DNA of 64,000 nucleotides from Candidatus Omnitrophota bacterium (GTDB taxonomy: Bacteria; Omnitrophota; Gorgyraeia; Zapsychrales; Zapsychraceae): the NCBI GenBank assembly GCA_029261065.1, contig JAJDCB010000011.1, positions 175,168 to 239,167 of the forward strand, in the 5' to 3' direction. The notes beneath the pieces are model-generated. The model did not search any database and had not been told where the DNA came from. It saw nothing but the letters and a program-made list of their open reading frames with translations. Below are positions 28,806 to 38,999 of the stretch, piece after piece. Each line of letters opens with the position of its first letter. Position 1 is the first letter of the stretch. The translations under genes were made by a program, and so were the position numbers.

Positions 28806-29393
28806 GTGATGAAGATATTTAAATATTTTTTAGGTTCTGTGGCATTAGTTGCGATCGTTATGAGTTCTGCCAACGTTACAGCCGCTACATTTGTTATTGA
28901 TCCAGCATACTCCAATATTATCTTTAAGATTGATCATTTAAATGGTTATAACATTGGCGCCTTTCGAAGTTTTGGAGGCTACATCACTCTTAATGATACA
29001 AATGATCAGATTGATAGTGTTATGGCAAGCGTTGATGTCACAAGCATCTATACCAAAAGCCTTGAGCGCGATGCGTTGTTGCGTTCAGAATTATTTTTTG
29101 ATACAGATAAATTTCCTGAAGCAAAGCTTGTTGGGAAAACGATAAAAGATAAGAAGTTGATTTGTGATTTGACGATTAAGGGGAAAACTAGAGAAGTTAT
29201 TTTTGATCTTAAGTTTGGTGCGATTGGTAAAGATCCAAAGGGGATGGTTAAATTTAGTTTATTTGCTAATGGTTCTTTTAATCGGAATGATTTTGGAATC
29301 AAGTTTAATCAAAAGTTGCCAGGAAAGAAGAAGTTGTTAGGAGAGGATGTTGAAATTAAACTTGAATGGGAAGCAACGTTGGTAGGAGCGTAA
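28806..29393 (+). CDS. YceI-like family periplasmic protein
   Basis: Signal peptide; ~190 aa; YceI-like fold features (FVIDPAYSNIIFKIDHL...). Confidence 0.6.
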   Translation: MMKIFKYFLGSVALVAIVMSSANVTAATFVIDPAYSNIIFKIDHLNGYNIGAFRSFGGYITLNDTNDQIDSVMASVDVTSIYTKSLERDALLRSELFFDTDKFPEAKLVGKTIKDKKLICDLTIKGKTREVIFDLKFGAIGKDPKGMVKFSLFANGSFNRNDFGIKFNQKLPGKKKLLGEDVEIKLEWEATLVGA

Positions 29394-29396
29394 AAT

Positions 29397-30125
29397 ATGA
29401 ATGATAATGAGAGAGTAGCTGTTGTAACAGGATCCAATCGTGGCATAGGATTAGAAATCGTAAGACAACTATCTAAATTAGGGATGCATGTTGTCTTAAC
29501 GAGCCGAGATGAAGCCAAGGGATTAAAAGTTTGTGAAGATTTACACACGCAAGAACTTCCCGTTCGTTATTATCAATTAGATGTAACGCATGCGGCAAGT
29601 ATAGATAAACTTAAAGATTTTGTTACAAAGGAATTTGGTCGCTGCGATATTCTTGTTAATAATGCAGGCATTTTTCCAGATTCGGGAAATGCCAGTGACA
29701 ATAGTTGGCCTAGTGTTTTAGAAACATCGATTGAGACGATGCGCAAAGGGATGGAAACAAATGTGTATGGTCCTGTGTTATTATCTCAGGCCTTTATTCC
29801 GCTTATGAAAAAAAATAATTATGGGCGCATTGTTAATTTATCAAGTGGCATGGGACAATTGACGAACATGAACGGATTTTGTCCGTCGTACCGTATTTCA
29901 AAAACAAGTATTAATGCCTTAACGCGTATTCTCGCCGAAGAATTAAAAGAAACCAATATCCTTGTTAATAGTATGTGTCCCGGTTGGGTCAAGACGGATA
30001 TGGGTGGGCCAAACGCTACGCGTCCCTTAGAAGAAGGCGCTGATACCGCGATATTTCTAGCCACACTTCCGGATGACGGGCCATCAGGTCAGTTTTTCAG
30101 GGATAGAAAAGTATTTGATTGGTAG
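29397..30125 (+). CDS. Short-chain dehydrogenase/reductase (SDR) family oxidoreductase
   Basis: TGSNRGIG cofactor motif, NNAG, and the S...YxxxK catalytic region (YRISK). Confidence 0.85.
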   Translation: MNDNERVAVVTGSNRGIGLEIVRQLSKLGMHVVLTSRDEAKGLKVCEDLHTQELPVRYYQLDVTHAASIDKLKDFVTKEFGRCDILVNNAGIFPDSGNASDNSWPSVLETSIETMRKGMETNVYGPVLLSQAFIPLMKKNNYGRIVNLSSGMGQLTNMNGFCPSYRISKTSINALTRILAEELKETNILVNSMCPGWVKTDMGGPNATRPLEEGADTAIFLATLPDDGPSGQFFRDRKVFDW

Positions 30126-30158
30126 TTTAGGGTGTAGGTGTTAGGTCTTTGAATTGAT

Positions 30159-30845
30159 ATGAAAAATTATAAGTTAAACAAGATTGTTCTTTCCATAAAA
30201 AATTCTCCTGAGAAGTTTTTAAATGGTTTAACGTCCAATGAGCTGGATAAATCGAATAATGCCTTTTTAACTATTAATGGGCGGATACTTGCGACCTTTG
30301 ATCAGTTAAAGATTAATGAAAATCAATTCATTATCCTTGTTGAAAAGCCATATGTTGAGGGGCTTTTAACTCATTTAGAACGTTATCGCATGTTAAGTGG
30401 AGCTGAGATAGAACAATTAGACAGACATGTCTATTTTGATATTGATCCAGTTGAAGAACAACCAGGTTCATGTTTGCTTAGCTGTTGGATAATTCCTCAA
30501 AAGAAAGGCCGTATTATTATTTCCGAGGAACCCTTGGAAACTAATGTGAGTGAAGAGACCTTTACGTTATTTCGTTTAGATAACAACATCCCGGTGCATG
30601 GTATAGATTTTAAAGATGAAATGTTGCTTAATGTTTCGACGACCGAGTTTGTTTCGTTTACGAAAGGATGTTATTTGGGGCAGGAGCCGATATCAAAGGT
30701 TTATAATCGATCGAAGCCGACGTGGAAGTTGGTGGTGAAGTATGAAGATGAGTGTGGTGATGAAGAGCGTGGGAAGATGACATCGGTGATGAAGGAATTG
30801 GGGGCGTCCCGCAGGAAGGGGTTTGTTTTTGTACGCAATGTGTGA
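30159..30845 (+). CDS. ygfZ: Folate-binding YgfZ/CAF17 family protein (aminomethyltransferase-like fold)
   Basis: Signature KGCYLGQE near the C-terminus; GcvT-like N-terminal region. Confidence 0.65.
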   Translation: MKNYKLNKIVLSIKNSPEKFLNGLTSNELDKSNNAFLTINGRILATFDQLKINENQFIILVEKPYVEGLLTHLERYRMLSGAEIEQLDRHVYFDIDPVEEQPGSCLLSCWIIPQKKGRIIISEEPLETNVSEETFTLFRLDNNIPVHGIDFKDEMLLNVSTTEFVSFTKGCYLGQEPISKVYNRSKPTWKLVVKYEDECGDEERGKMTSVMKELGASRRKGFVFVRNV

Positions 30846-30857
30846 TCACTATTGGTG

Positions 30858-31003
30858 GGTCCCCGCTTTCGCGGGGATGACAATATTATTTTTACTTGGC
30901 ACCGTGGTGTTACGAAATAGAAATCGTGTCGTCCCCGCGTAGGCGGGGATTCGTGCGCCATAATTACTATTACTTGATCCCCGCTTCCACGGGAATGACA
31001 TGA
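30858..31003. repeat. Composite palindromic MITE/REP-like element (three palindromic units)
   Basis: GTCCCCGCTTTCGCGGGGATGACAATATT ... CGAAATAGAAATCGTGTCGTCCCCGCGTAGGCGGGGAT ... GATCCCCGCTTCCACGGGAATGACA. Closely related to the 22680 copy. Confidence 0.85.
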
Positions 31004-31024
31004 TTTCTATTTTGAGGAAATGAT

Positions 31025-31621
31025 ATGATCGAAATACTCAATTCACTCGGCCTATTATTCGGCGGCTCCTGGGCTTCAGGCATTAATTTTTATTTAACAA
31101 CAGCGGGCTTGGGCATTGCTCATCGCATGGAATTGATTGTTCTTCCCGGCGAACTTGATGTGTTAGCGCATCCATTAGTCATCGGAGTTGCGATTACGTT
31201 GTACGCGATTGAATTCTTCGCTGATAAAATTCCATATGTCGATTCCGCTTGGGATAGTGTGCACACCTTTATTCGACCGATTGGCGCAACGGCGTTAAGT
31301 TATATGGCGCTCAATGATGTGAACCCTGCTTTTCAGACGTCATTGTCGTTGGTTGCTGGATCTATCGCTTTAGATGCCCATCTTACAAAAGCCACCGCAA
31401 GAGCGGCGATTAATACATCCCCTGAACCTATTACCAATTCCGTCGCAAGTGTGACGGAAGATATTTCCGTTTTAGGTGCGTTATATCTCATTATCAAACA
31501 TCCTGTTGTGATGTCAGTTTTAGTTATTATTTTTATCATTTTCTCAATTTGGTTTTTAAAAAAGATGTTTAAATTCTTTAAAAAAATATTTTCTAGAAAA
31601 AAGATCAAACATGTTGGATAA
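31025..31621 (+). CDS. DUF4126 family membrane protein
   Basis: FADKIPYVDSAWDSVHTFIRP motif and multiple TM segments typical of DUF4126. Confidence 0.65.
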   Translation: MIEILNSLGLLFGGSWASGINFYLTTAGLGIAHRMELIVLPGELDVLAHPLVIGVAITLYAIEFFADKIPYVDSAWDSVHTFIRPIGATALSYMALNDVNPAFQTSLSLVAGSIALDAHLTKATARAAINTSPEPITNSVASVTEDISVLGALYLIIKHPVVMSVLVIIFIIFSIWFLKKMFKFFKKIFSRKKIKHVG

Positions 31622-33623
31622 AAAATATGTCTTTGTTGTATTCGTATTTCTAATTCCTTTTCTTTCTTTATCTTGCCAAAGCCTTTCTCCTCAAAACATA
31701 AAACAAGACCCAACAATGTTACAAATACTCAAAGGCTTCTCTTTGCCTGAAAAAGAATTTGTTATTAATGATACAGGAAAAGAGGATGTTCTTGATTATA
31801 CGGAGTATGGGACATTTGTTAACCTAGGAGAAAAAGGGTATCAGTACGAGATAACGAATGAGAAGAAATTAAATGAAGATCTGGGTGTCGGTATTTTCCC
31901 AAACTATGAAGGTGTTCAACAGGAGCCGAACTTTAAGGTTATGTTTGAACAAGGTCTTTTAAACGAGCACCATTGGAAGATATTAACATCGAAAAATAAG
32001 CAGCAGGCTTTTTATACATGGGCGATGACGAATGAAGAGCCTGGGGTTAAAGCTTTTTTTACAGCAAGGATATTGGAGGAGTCGGGGCATATGGTACAAG
32101 CCATAAAGTCTTATTACTCGGCTGTAGTTCATTTTCCAAAATCTGTCGGCTGGGGCCAGGATCAAAGTTTTGTTTGGTACATTGCCCCTGCGGCCATTGG
32201 TCAAATTAAGCGTCTCTGTCGGGATTATCCAGAGTTAAATTTGGAATACGTTGATGCCATGTTTGACGTTGAGAATGGAGGTGATACGGATCTTAGCAAT
32301 GATATAATCACTCTTAACCCAGGACGTTTTATTAAAAAAGATTATGATGAAAAGTTAAATGATTTGCCACAGCTAGATAGTCAAAAAGTTGTTGATCGAA
32401 GGGGGACGGGAAGGGTTCAACTCATTAAGTACGCCAATGGTCATTGGCAGATGCGTGTTGATGATAAACCCTTTATTGTTAAAGGTATGACTTATGGCCC
32501 CACGGAGATAGGAATTGGCCCGCAAAATGATTTTAATTTTGATCAGCGTTGGATGTTTAGAGATAAAAATCAGAATAAAAAAATAGATGCTCCTTATGAG
32601 GCCTGGGTGGATAAGAATAAAAATGGTCAGCAGGATAAGGATGAACCGAATATTGGTGATTTTCAAATTTTGAAGGATATGGGTCTTAATGCGATTCGAT
32701 TGTATATTCCCAATAAAACGTCTACGGAATATGATCCAAGTTTTATCAATAAAGAATTATTGAGAGACTTATATAACAGTTATGGGATAAGTATTATTGC
32801 TGGTGATTTTTTAGGAGCCTACACTGTTGGATCAGGCGCTGATTGGCTGACGGGGACAGACTATAGAGATGAAAAGCAACGTGCTGTTATGAAAGAAATT
32901 GTTCGACAAAAAGTGTTAGATCTAAAGGATGAGCCTTTTGTTTTAATGTGGTTGCTGGGTAATGAGAATAATATGCCTGTGGATAATCTGGGGGTTAACG
33001 CGACACGAACAAATGCCGAGTTATATCCGGAACGTTATGCTCAATTTTTAAATGAGGTTGCTGCCATGATTCATGAATTGGATCCGAATCATCCGGTGGC
33101 GGTGGGAAATCTTGGGACGGGTTTGATGGAATATTATGATCAATATGCCTCAGAGATAGATATTCTCGGGGTCAATTCTTATCCGGGTAAATCTGGTTTT
33201 GGTACGTTATGGGGGGATGTGAAAAGAAAATTTGATCGCCCCGTTTTAATCACAGAATACGGAGCTGATGTTTACGATGAAAATCTTCAGACGCCTAATG
33301 AAGAAGGTCAGCGCGATTATTATTTAGGAAATTTACGGGATATTGTTTTTAATCAAGCCGGTGGACTCTATGAAGGAAATGCGATTGGTGGTGTTGTTTT
33401 TGAATATTTGGATGAATGGTGGAAAGACAGTCAAGGTCATTCCGTTTTTGAACAACAACATAAACCTCAATTTTCAGCAGCTTTTTTTGACGGTTATGAC
33501 CATGAGGAGTGGTTTGGTATTGTTGGTCAGGGCAGCGGCGATCACAGTCCTTTTGAAAGAAGGTTGCGAGAAACTTACTATATGTTTAAGTCTTATTGGA
33601 ATTCAGAAGATAGAGAAGAGTAA
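31611..33623 (+). CDS. Secreted/lipoprotein glycoside hydrolase-like protein (clan GH-A TIM-barrel-like)
   Basis: Signal peptide with a possible lipobox (FLSLSC). Acid/base-like LLGNEN and nucleophile-like ITEYGAD motifs, spaced as in GH-A hydrolases. Family not determined. Confidence 0.5.
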   Translation: MLDKKYVFVVFVFLIPFLSLSCQSLSPQNIKQDPTMLQILKGFSLPEKEFVINDTGKEDVLDYTEYGTFVNLGEKGYQYEITNEKKLNEDLGVGIFPNYEGVQQEPNFKVMFEQGLLNEHHWKILTSKNKQQAFYTWAMTNEEPGVKAFFTARILEESGHMVQAIKSYYSAVVHFPKSVGWGQDQSFVWYIAPAAIGQIKRLCRDYPELNLEYVDAMFDVENGGDTDLSNDIITLNPGRFIKKDYDEKLNDLPQLDSQKVVDRRGTGRVQLIKYANGHWQMRVDDKPFIVKGMTYGPTEIGIGPQNDFNFDQRWMFRDKNQNKKIDAPYEAWVDKNKNGQQDKDEPNIGDFQILKDMGLNAIRLYIPNKTSTEYDPSFINKELLRDLYNSYGISIIAGDFLGAYTVGSGADWLTGTDYRDEKQRAVMKEIVRQKVLDLKDEPFVLMWLLGNENNMPVDNLGVNATRTNAELYPERYAQFLNEVAAMIHELDPNHPVAVGNLGTGLMEYYDQYASEIDILGVNSYPGKSGFGTLWGDVKRKFDRPVLITEYGADVYDENLQTPNEEGQRDYYLGNLRDIVFNQAGGLYEGNAIGGVVFEYLDEWWKDSQGHSVFEQQHKPQFSAAFFDGYDHEEWFGIVGQGSGDHSPFERRLRETYYMFKSYWNSEDREE

Positions 33624-33647
33624 ATGATTTTAAGAAAGGGAGGGTGT

Positions 33648-35267
33648 ATGCGTTACCAATTAAAAATGTGTCTGCTTGTCATTTTGTCGTTGTGTGCCGC
33701 AGGCTGTATTGATACCAAACAAGAATTTTTTCTTAATCCGGATGGGTCAGGAAAAGTTATTCATGAAACTAGCTTGCAGTCGTTGAATATTACTATAGGA
33801 ATACAAGAGTCTGCTGAGAGTAAACAAAAGAAAATGGTGAAGGCTGAGATTGAGAAGTCTATTGGTATTGAGACTTGGAAAGATGTCTCTTTTGAACCTG
33901 TAGGGGATGATCAGGTAAAATTTAAGGGAACGGCTTATTTTAAAGATGTTAATAAGCTTAAGATTCATAATGGAGGAGCTTCAATTTCTTTTGTTGGCCA
34001 TATTGATTATCAAATAAAGGGAGATGAAATTTTTTTAGAATTGAAAAATAAAGAAGAGAAGAAAAAGAGCCAAGAGGATGGGCCCGTTAATTATACAGAA
34101 GAAGAATTAGCCGCCAAAATTGAAGAGAATAAAAGGGAATATCAAAAAACAAGAGTGATGTTGGCGGGTGTTCTTCCATCATTAAGGCATGAGAGAATTT
34201 TTCATCTTCCAGGAAAAGTTGAATCTATGCATAATTTTACGAGAAGAGATGATGGGGCGTTGGTAAATATTGTGGAAGGTACAAAGATGCTTGAGGCCAT
34301 GGATAAACTTATGGAAGATGAAGAATTGATTGCTCGTCAAATAAAATCAGGTCGTAACGTTATGAAAGATGGTTTTGGTAATGAATATCAATCTAACGAA
34401 ATATTTTTTGAGGAAAATGCCCCTGTACAGGCAACACTTTGGGATGCAAGGACACCGTTGTTTGATTATGCATCCGAAGTTGAGGAGGCGAAGCAAAACT
34501 ATGCCAAGGTGTCTGCTTTATTAGATCTACCGAAAAAGGTTACTGTGAGACCTTCAGATATTGGTGAATTTAAAGTGGTGGGAGTTAGATTGATTACATT
34601 CTCTGACCAGGATAACGGTATTCGCCCCTTTAATTTTGATGAAGGTTATACGTTATCTATCATGGGTGCTTTACCAGAAAAGGTACTTAAGGCTACAGAA
34701 GGTAAGGTCATATCTGCTATCGCTGATAATGGAACAAATTTATTATCTGAGAAAGGCTGGGACCGTAAAATTAATTTTATTACGTTAGGTGAAGATCAAC
34801 AGACTGTGATTTTTGATGTTAATCTTAAGCTGCCTTCAAAAGATGTAAAAGGCTTAAAAGAAGTTTCAGGTGATATTGTATTTGTTACATCTCAAGGATT
34901 TAAAGAAGTGGATTTGCAATTGAGTCAGTTTACTACTGGAGCCAAGGGGGGAGAATTTGATGCCGAGATCGTTAAGATTGGAGAAGATCAATGGACGCCA
35001 GGGAAACAGAGTATTGAGTTAAAGTTATCTTTAGCTAAATATAAAATAAAAGATATTGAGTTTTTTGACAGCAGTAATCAGAAGCTGGTTGTTGAGTCCG
35101 CCGGTTCAAGTACATGGGAAGATAGTTCAACGTTGAATTATCGTCTAAAAGATGGCGAAGCATTTCCTGCATCTGGAAAAGTTGTGATTCATGTTTATGA
35201 AAACTTGCAAAATTTTGAGATGCCGTTTATACTAAGCGACATTTCACTGTTAGGTGAAACAAAATAA
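33648..35267 (+). CDS. Hypothetical lipoprotein (539 aa)
   Basis: Lipobox LCAAGC after MRYQLKMCLLVILS. GGGAGGG SD ahead of the ATG at 33648 (ORF-track start trimmed). No family recognised. Confidence 0.6.
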   Translation: MRYQLKMCLLVILSLCAAGCIDTKQEFFLNPDGSGKVIHETSLQSLNITIGIQESAESKQKKMVKAEIEKSIGIETWKDVSFEPVGDDQVKFKGTAYFKDVNKLKIHNGGASISFVGHIDYQIKGDEIFLELKNKEEKKKSQEDGPVNYTEEELAAKIEENKREYQKTRVMLAGVLPSLRHERIFHLPGKVESMHNFTRRDDGALVNIVEGTKMLEAMDKLMEDEELIARQIKSGRNVMKDGFGNEYQSNEIFFEENAPVQATLWDARTPLFDYASEVEEAKQNYAKVSALLDLPKKVTVRPSDIGEFKVVGVRLITFSDQDNGIRPFNFDEGYTLSIMGALPEKVLKATEGKVISAIADNGTNLLSEKGWDRKINFITLGEDQQTVIFDVNLKLPSKDVKGLKEVSGDIVFVTSQGFKEVDLQLSQFTTGAKGGEFDAEIVKIGEDQWTPGKQSIELKLSLAKYKIKDIEFFDSSNQKLVVESAGSSTWEDSSTLNYRLKDGEAFPASGKVVIHVYENLQNFEMPFILSDISLLGETK

Positions 35268-35295
35268 ATAAAAACTACATCAGGGGAGAGAAGCA

Positions 35296-36195
35296 ATGTT
35301 TAATGGTTTTAAAAATTTAATGTTATGTCTTTGTATTATCGGTTTAACTTCTTATTCATGGGCGGATGAAATTCATTTATCGAATGGGGATAAAATTACA
35401 GGAAAATTGATTTCTGAAACGCAGACAGAGATGACTGTTGAGACAAAAGCTATGGGGGAAATCTTTATTAAGAAAATACTTGTGAAAGATCACGTCACGC
35501 AAGCTCAGATTGAGGCCGCTAAGAGAAAAAAAGAAGGGCCTCAGTGGGATCGGTCGTTGTCTCTTGGTTATACGCAGGCTAATGGAAATACAGATAAGAG
35601 TAGTTTTTCTGGAGGTGTATCGGTAAATCGAAAAACAGAACAAGATGAATGGACAGGAAAAATCAATAGTTATCTTTCAACGTCAGATAAAAAAATGGAT
35701 GGAAAAAAGTTTACAGGTTTAGCCCAGTATAAGCGTAAGCTTCCTGATAGTCCGAAGTGGGATCATTTTGCGAAGTTGGAGGCGAGTCAAGATCGATTTG
35801 CGAATGTGCATTATCGGCTCACACCAACCTATGGTATTGGTTATCAAGCACATGATGAAGATGATTTTAAACTACGCGGCGAGCTTGCAGCTGGTTTTGA
35901 GCATACGAATTATCGTGATGGTACAAAGAGCGATAATGAAGCCATTCTTGTTCCTCGTGGCTATTTTGAAAAAGTGTTGTTTGGTGATTTAAGGTTTAAA
36001 GAAGATGTTACGCTTTATCCTTCATTAAGCGAAACAGGTGAATTTCGTTTACGTGCAGAATCGATTTTGGAAAATCCAATTTCTGAGAAAATGTTTTGGA
36101 AGTTAAGTTTCTTAGAAGAGTTTGATTCAAACCCTCAAGGAACGGCCAAAAAGAATGACACGCGACTTGTCACATCTTTAGATGTAAAGTTCTAA
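35296..36195 (+). CDS. DUF481-like outer-membrane beta-barrel protein
   Basis: Signal peptide. Alternating beta-strand pattern. C-terminal aromatic residue (KF) typical of OMPs. Resemblance to YdiY/DUF481 proteins. Confidence 0.5.
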   Translation: MFNGFKNLMLCLCIIGLTSYSWADEIHLSNGDKITGKLISETQTEMTVETKAMGEIFIKKILVKDHVTQAQIEAAKRKKEGPQWDRSLSLGYTQANGNTDKSSFSGGVSVNRKTEQDEWTGKINSYLSTSDKKMDGKKFTGLAQYKRKLPDSPKWDHFAKLEASQDRFANVHYRLTPTYGIGYQAHDEDDFKLRGELAAGFEHTNYRDGTKSDNEAILVPRGYFEKVLFGDLRFKEDVTLYPSLSETGEFRLRAESILENPISEKMFWKLSFLEEFDSNPQGTAKKNDTRLVTSLDVKF

Positions 36196-37401
36196 ATGAA
36201 TGATTCACCTCAGAATGTGTTTCAGAAAAATATAGTCTATTTGTTTATATGTGCATTGATGATGTTGGTCGTGGTGAGTTTTATTGGTCAACTATATCAG
36301 GCACAAAGCAAACCATTCTGGGGTGATGAGGAATATGGAATTGAGACGTCCGTCGCGTACTTTAGTTACGGACATATGCTTCTTCATGGCGCTCAAGGTC
36401 AGGGAAGTCCCGCCCCTTTAGATTATCTCGCTTTAAAAATTTTTGATGACATGAAAATTCATGTGGATACCTTTGGTTTATCTGATGAAGTTTATTATCG
36501 TTTATGGGCCAATGGGGTAACCGTTGTTATGTGTTTTATCATGGCTTTGTTGTTACTAGGCGACATCAACTCCTCAAGAAGTACAATCTCAATAAAATCT
36601 ATTCAAATGACGCTTGTTGTTTTTGCATGCGTTACATTTTTGTTTAGTCGCATGGTGTATTATTATGCTGCTGAAGCTCGACCCTATGCTTTATGGAACG
36701 TCCTTTGGATGTTTTCTTTGGTGGTCAGTTTGTCTGAACAAAAATCAAAGCGATTGCTAATCATTTCTCTTTGTTTATTAGCCATGTCGGCTACAGCCTC
36801 TATTTTTCAAATATTAATGATGGCCATTGCGTTTGGAATTTTTGAGTTTTTAAAAGAAAAGAAATTTCAACAAACAATTTTAAAAACGATGAAAATATTT
36901 GTGTTGCCTTTTTTGATTTCTTTCTATTACTGTTTACAAGCAGATAAGTGGAGTATCGTAGAGGCGGGAGGAACGTTTCATGATTTTTTGGATTTATGGA
37001 ATCATAAAGCAACAACCATTCCTTTAATGGGAGTTGCTATTGGTTTATGTTTTATTGGCAGAGACAATCGAAAGCATGCATTAGCTCCATTAAGTGTTCT
37101 TTTATTATTTCTTATCGGTCCATTGATTTTTTGGGTCACACGATTAAAAGGTTTTTTTTATGCCGAAAGGCAATTTGTCTATTATGATTTAACTTATGCG
37201 GTTTTTCTCTTAACCGTCATGAAATGTTTGCCATCCATTTTTTCTAGAATTAAGCTTAATAAACTAAAAATGGGGGTGTTTGCCCTAATTTTTTTTATTG
37301 GATTCTCGATGACGTTTCGAAAAAAGCTTCTTCGAAAAGTAGAGAAATCCACTCAAGCCACCATATCTTTTCTCAAAGAGCCTTCACACCTTAATTTATA
37401 G
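36196..37401 (+). CDS. Polytopic membrane protein, possible GT-C-fold glycosyltransferase-like
   Basis: About 10-12 predicted TM segments. Acidic motif PFWGDEEYG in the first extracytoplasmic loop. The ATG overlaps the upstream stop (TAAATG), suggesting translational coupling. Confidence 0.35.
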   Translation: MNDSPQNVFQKNIVYLFICALMMLVVVSFIGQLYQAQSKPFWGDEEYGIETSVAYFSYGHMLLHGAQGQGSPAPLDYLALKIFDDMKIHVDTFGLSDEVYYRLWANGVTVVMCFIMALLLLGDINSSRSTISIKSIQMTLVVFACVTFLFSRMVYYYAAEARPYALWNVLWMFSLVVSLSEQKSKRLLIISLCLLAMSATASIFQILMMAIAFGIFEFLKEKKFQQTILKTMKIFVLPFLISFYYCLQADKWSIVEAGGTFHDFLDLWNHKATTIPLMGVAIGLCFIGRDNRKHALAPLSVLLLFLIGPLIFWVTRLKGFFYAERQFVYYDLTYAVFLLTVMKCLPSIFSRIKLNKLKMGVFALIFFIGFSMTFRKKLLRKVEKSTQATISFLKEPSHLNL

Positions 37402-37471
37402 TAATTTTTTGGATTTTAACCTATTTAATAGCAGTGTTTTACAGCAAATTTAGGTGTCCGGGACTGTCATG

Positions 37472-37500
37472 TTGACTAATATACTTATTCTTACTAAAAT
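37472..37500 (+). promoter_or_regulatory. Candidate sigma70 promoter (TTGACT-17nt-TAAAAT) for the putative pilus-like locus
   Basis: Hexamers read directly in the 142-bp intergenic region. Confidence 0.3.
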
Positions 37501-37543
37501 AAATATTGTCAGATAATCAAAATACGAATTATTAAGGCATAAT

Positions 37544-38935
37544 ATGTATTACAACGATTTGCATAAATTAAAAAAGATGAGTCTTCTTGTACTATCGACG
37601 ATACTTATCTGTTCCTTTCCTTCAAAAGCGACTGCCTCGCTTAGGCTTAGCATAAGGCCGATTGATGGGGGCAACAGCCTGCGCTTTGGGCGTGTTGATA
37701 TTCCATCAAAATCCAACCAAGAGGTACGCCTAACAATTACATCTAGCGATAATAAACAGTATCAAGTTTTTCAACGTTTGGTTGAACCTTTTGTCAATGA
37801 ACGAGGGGAGAGCTTGAATCGATCTGTTATGACTGTCTCTGCCTTAACAGGTTCTAACATGGCAGGAACGGTATTTGTTCAAGAAGCGGAGAGAGTAGGC
37901 TATTCGGAACAGCTCATTTATACCTCTGATGGCAATGGAGATAGTGATGCGTTTACATTGGTTTATCAAGTTAATGAAGATACGTTTTCCCAGTCCGGCA
38001 ATTTTTTTGGAAAGGTTATTTATACCGTTCGTGCTGTTGGAAGTTCTAATCAGGACGAATCGTTGTTAAATATTTTTTTTGAATCCGCAGATGATTTTAA
38101 GTTCTCGGTTGATACCTCATCAGCCAGTCAATTTGTAAGATTAAATTCGGAAAGTGAACAGACCTTTCAAGGGTATGTTAAGTTTTCTTACTCAGGGCAT
38201 CATTCTGGTTCGTTAAGTATTGATCAAGATATATTTCTTTATCCAGCCAATGATGTGAATGAAGATATACAAAAAGAGATTGTTACATTTTTTGTTCAAG
38301 CAAAACAAGAGTCGGATGTTAAGATTCAAGAACCAGAAAATTTAGATTTTGGTTTACGTCAGTTGTATTCATCGCGATCAGATGAGGATGAGGTTATAGT
38401 TTATTTTCAATTAAATAAGGATATGGTTGATCAGCAAATTCAAGGGGATTATAGGGGGAAGATAAAGTTTAGCGTTGAGAGTTCGCAAGTTCACGAAGTG
38501 ATTGACGTTGATCTAGAAATTTCTATTTCACCGATTTTTGAACTTGTTGTGGATTATCCTCCTGAGGGAATGAGTTTTCGGGAGCTCGTTCCACACGGTG
38601 AGGCGCAAACAAAAGAAATTTCTGTTCGTGTTCGTTCTAATCTCGGCCGGCCTTATGTTGTTGGTCAAAATGTCAGTGGGCTTTTAACAAACGAGGAAGG
38701 AAGCGAACTGGTTAATACGAATTTTACGCAGAATGTAGAGTTAGTAGGGTCAACAACAGGTGAGGTTGAGATTCTGGATTTTGTGCCTGTTGAAGATGGT
38801 GAAACGTCTTTATTTCATTCTGATAAAGAGGGATCATCGGCACAATTTAAAGTGCATTATCGTATCAAGCCTTATCAAAAGATGAAGGCTGGAGATTATA
38901 AAACAGCTGTTATTTATTCTTTAAGTGAAGTGTGA
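37544..38935 (+). CDS. Secreted protein with three tandem spore-coat-U (SCPU)/DUF4402-like modules (candidate pilus tip/multi-domain subunit)
   Basis: Signal peptide. Post-signal alternating hydrophobic stretch LRLSIRPI (donor-strand-like). Three modules each end in G(D)YxGK(I/V)xYxV-type motifs (NFFGKVIYTVRAV; GDYRGKIKFSVES; AGDYKTAVIYSLSEV-stop). Confidence 0.45.
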   Translation: MYYNDLHKLKKMSLLVLSTILICSFPSKATASLRLSIRPIDGGNSLRFGRVDIPSKSNQEVRLTITSSDNKQYQVFQRLVEPFVNERGESLNRSVMTVSALTGSNMAGTVFVQEAERVGYSEQLIYTSDGNGDSDAFTLVYQVNEDTFSQSGNFFGKVIYTVRAVGSSNQDESLLNIFFESADDFKFSVDTSSASQFVRLNSESEQTFQGYVKFSYSGHHSGSLSIDQDIFLYPANDVNEDIQKEIVTFFVQAKQESDVKIQEPENLDFGLRQLYSSRSDEDEVIVYFQLNKDMVDQQIQGDYRGKIKFSVESSQVHEVIDVDLEISISPIFELVVDYPPEGMSFRELVPHGEAQTKEISVRVRSNLGRPYVVGQNVSGLLTNEEGSELVNTNFTQNVELVGSTTGEVEILDFVPVEDGETSLFHSDKEGSSAQFKVHYRIKPYQKMKAGDYKTAVIYSLSEV

Positions 38936-38999
38936 TATGAGCTGAGGGGAAATCTAAGGTATTCATTTAATTAAACAGTTACAAAGAAGGGGGTATGAG

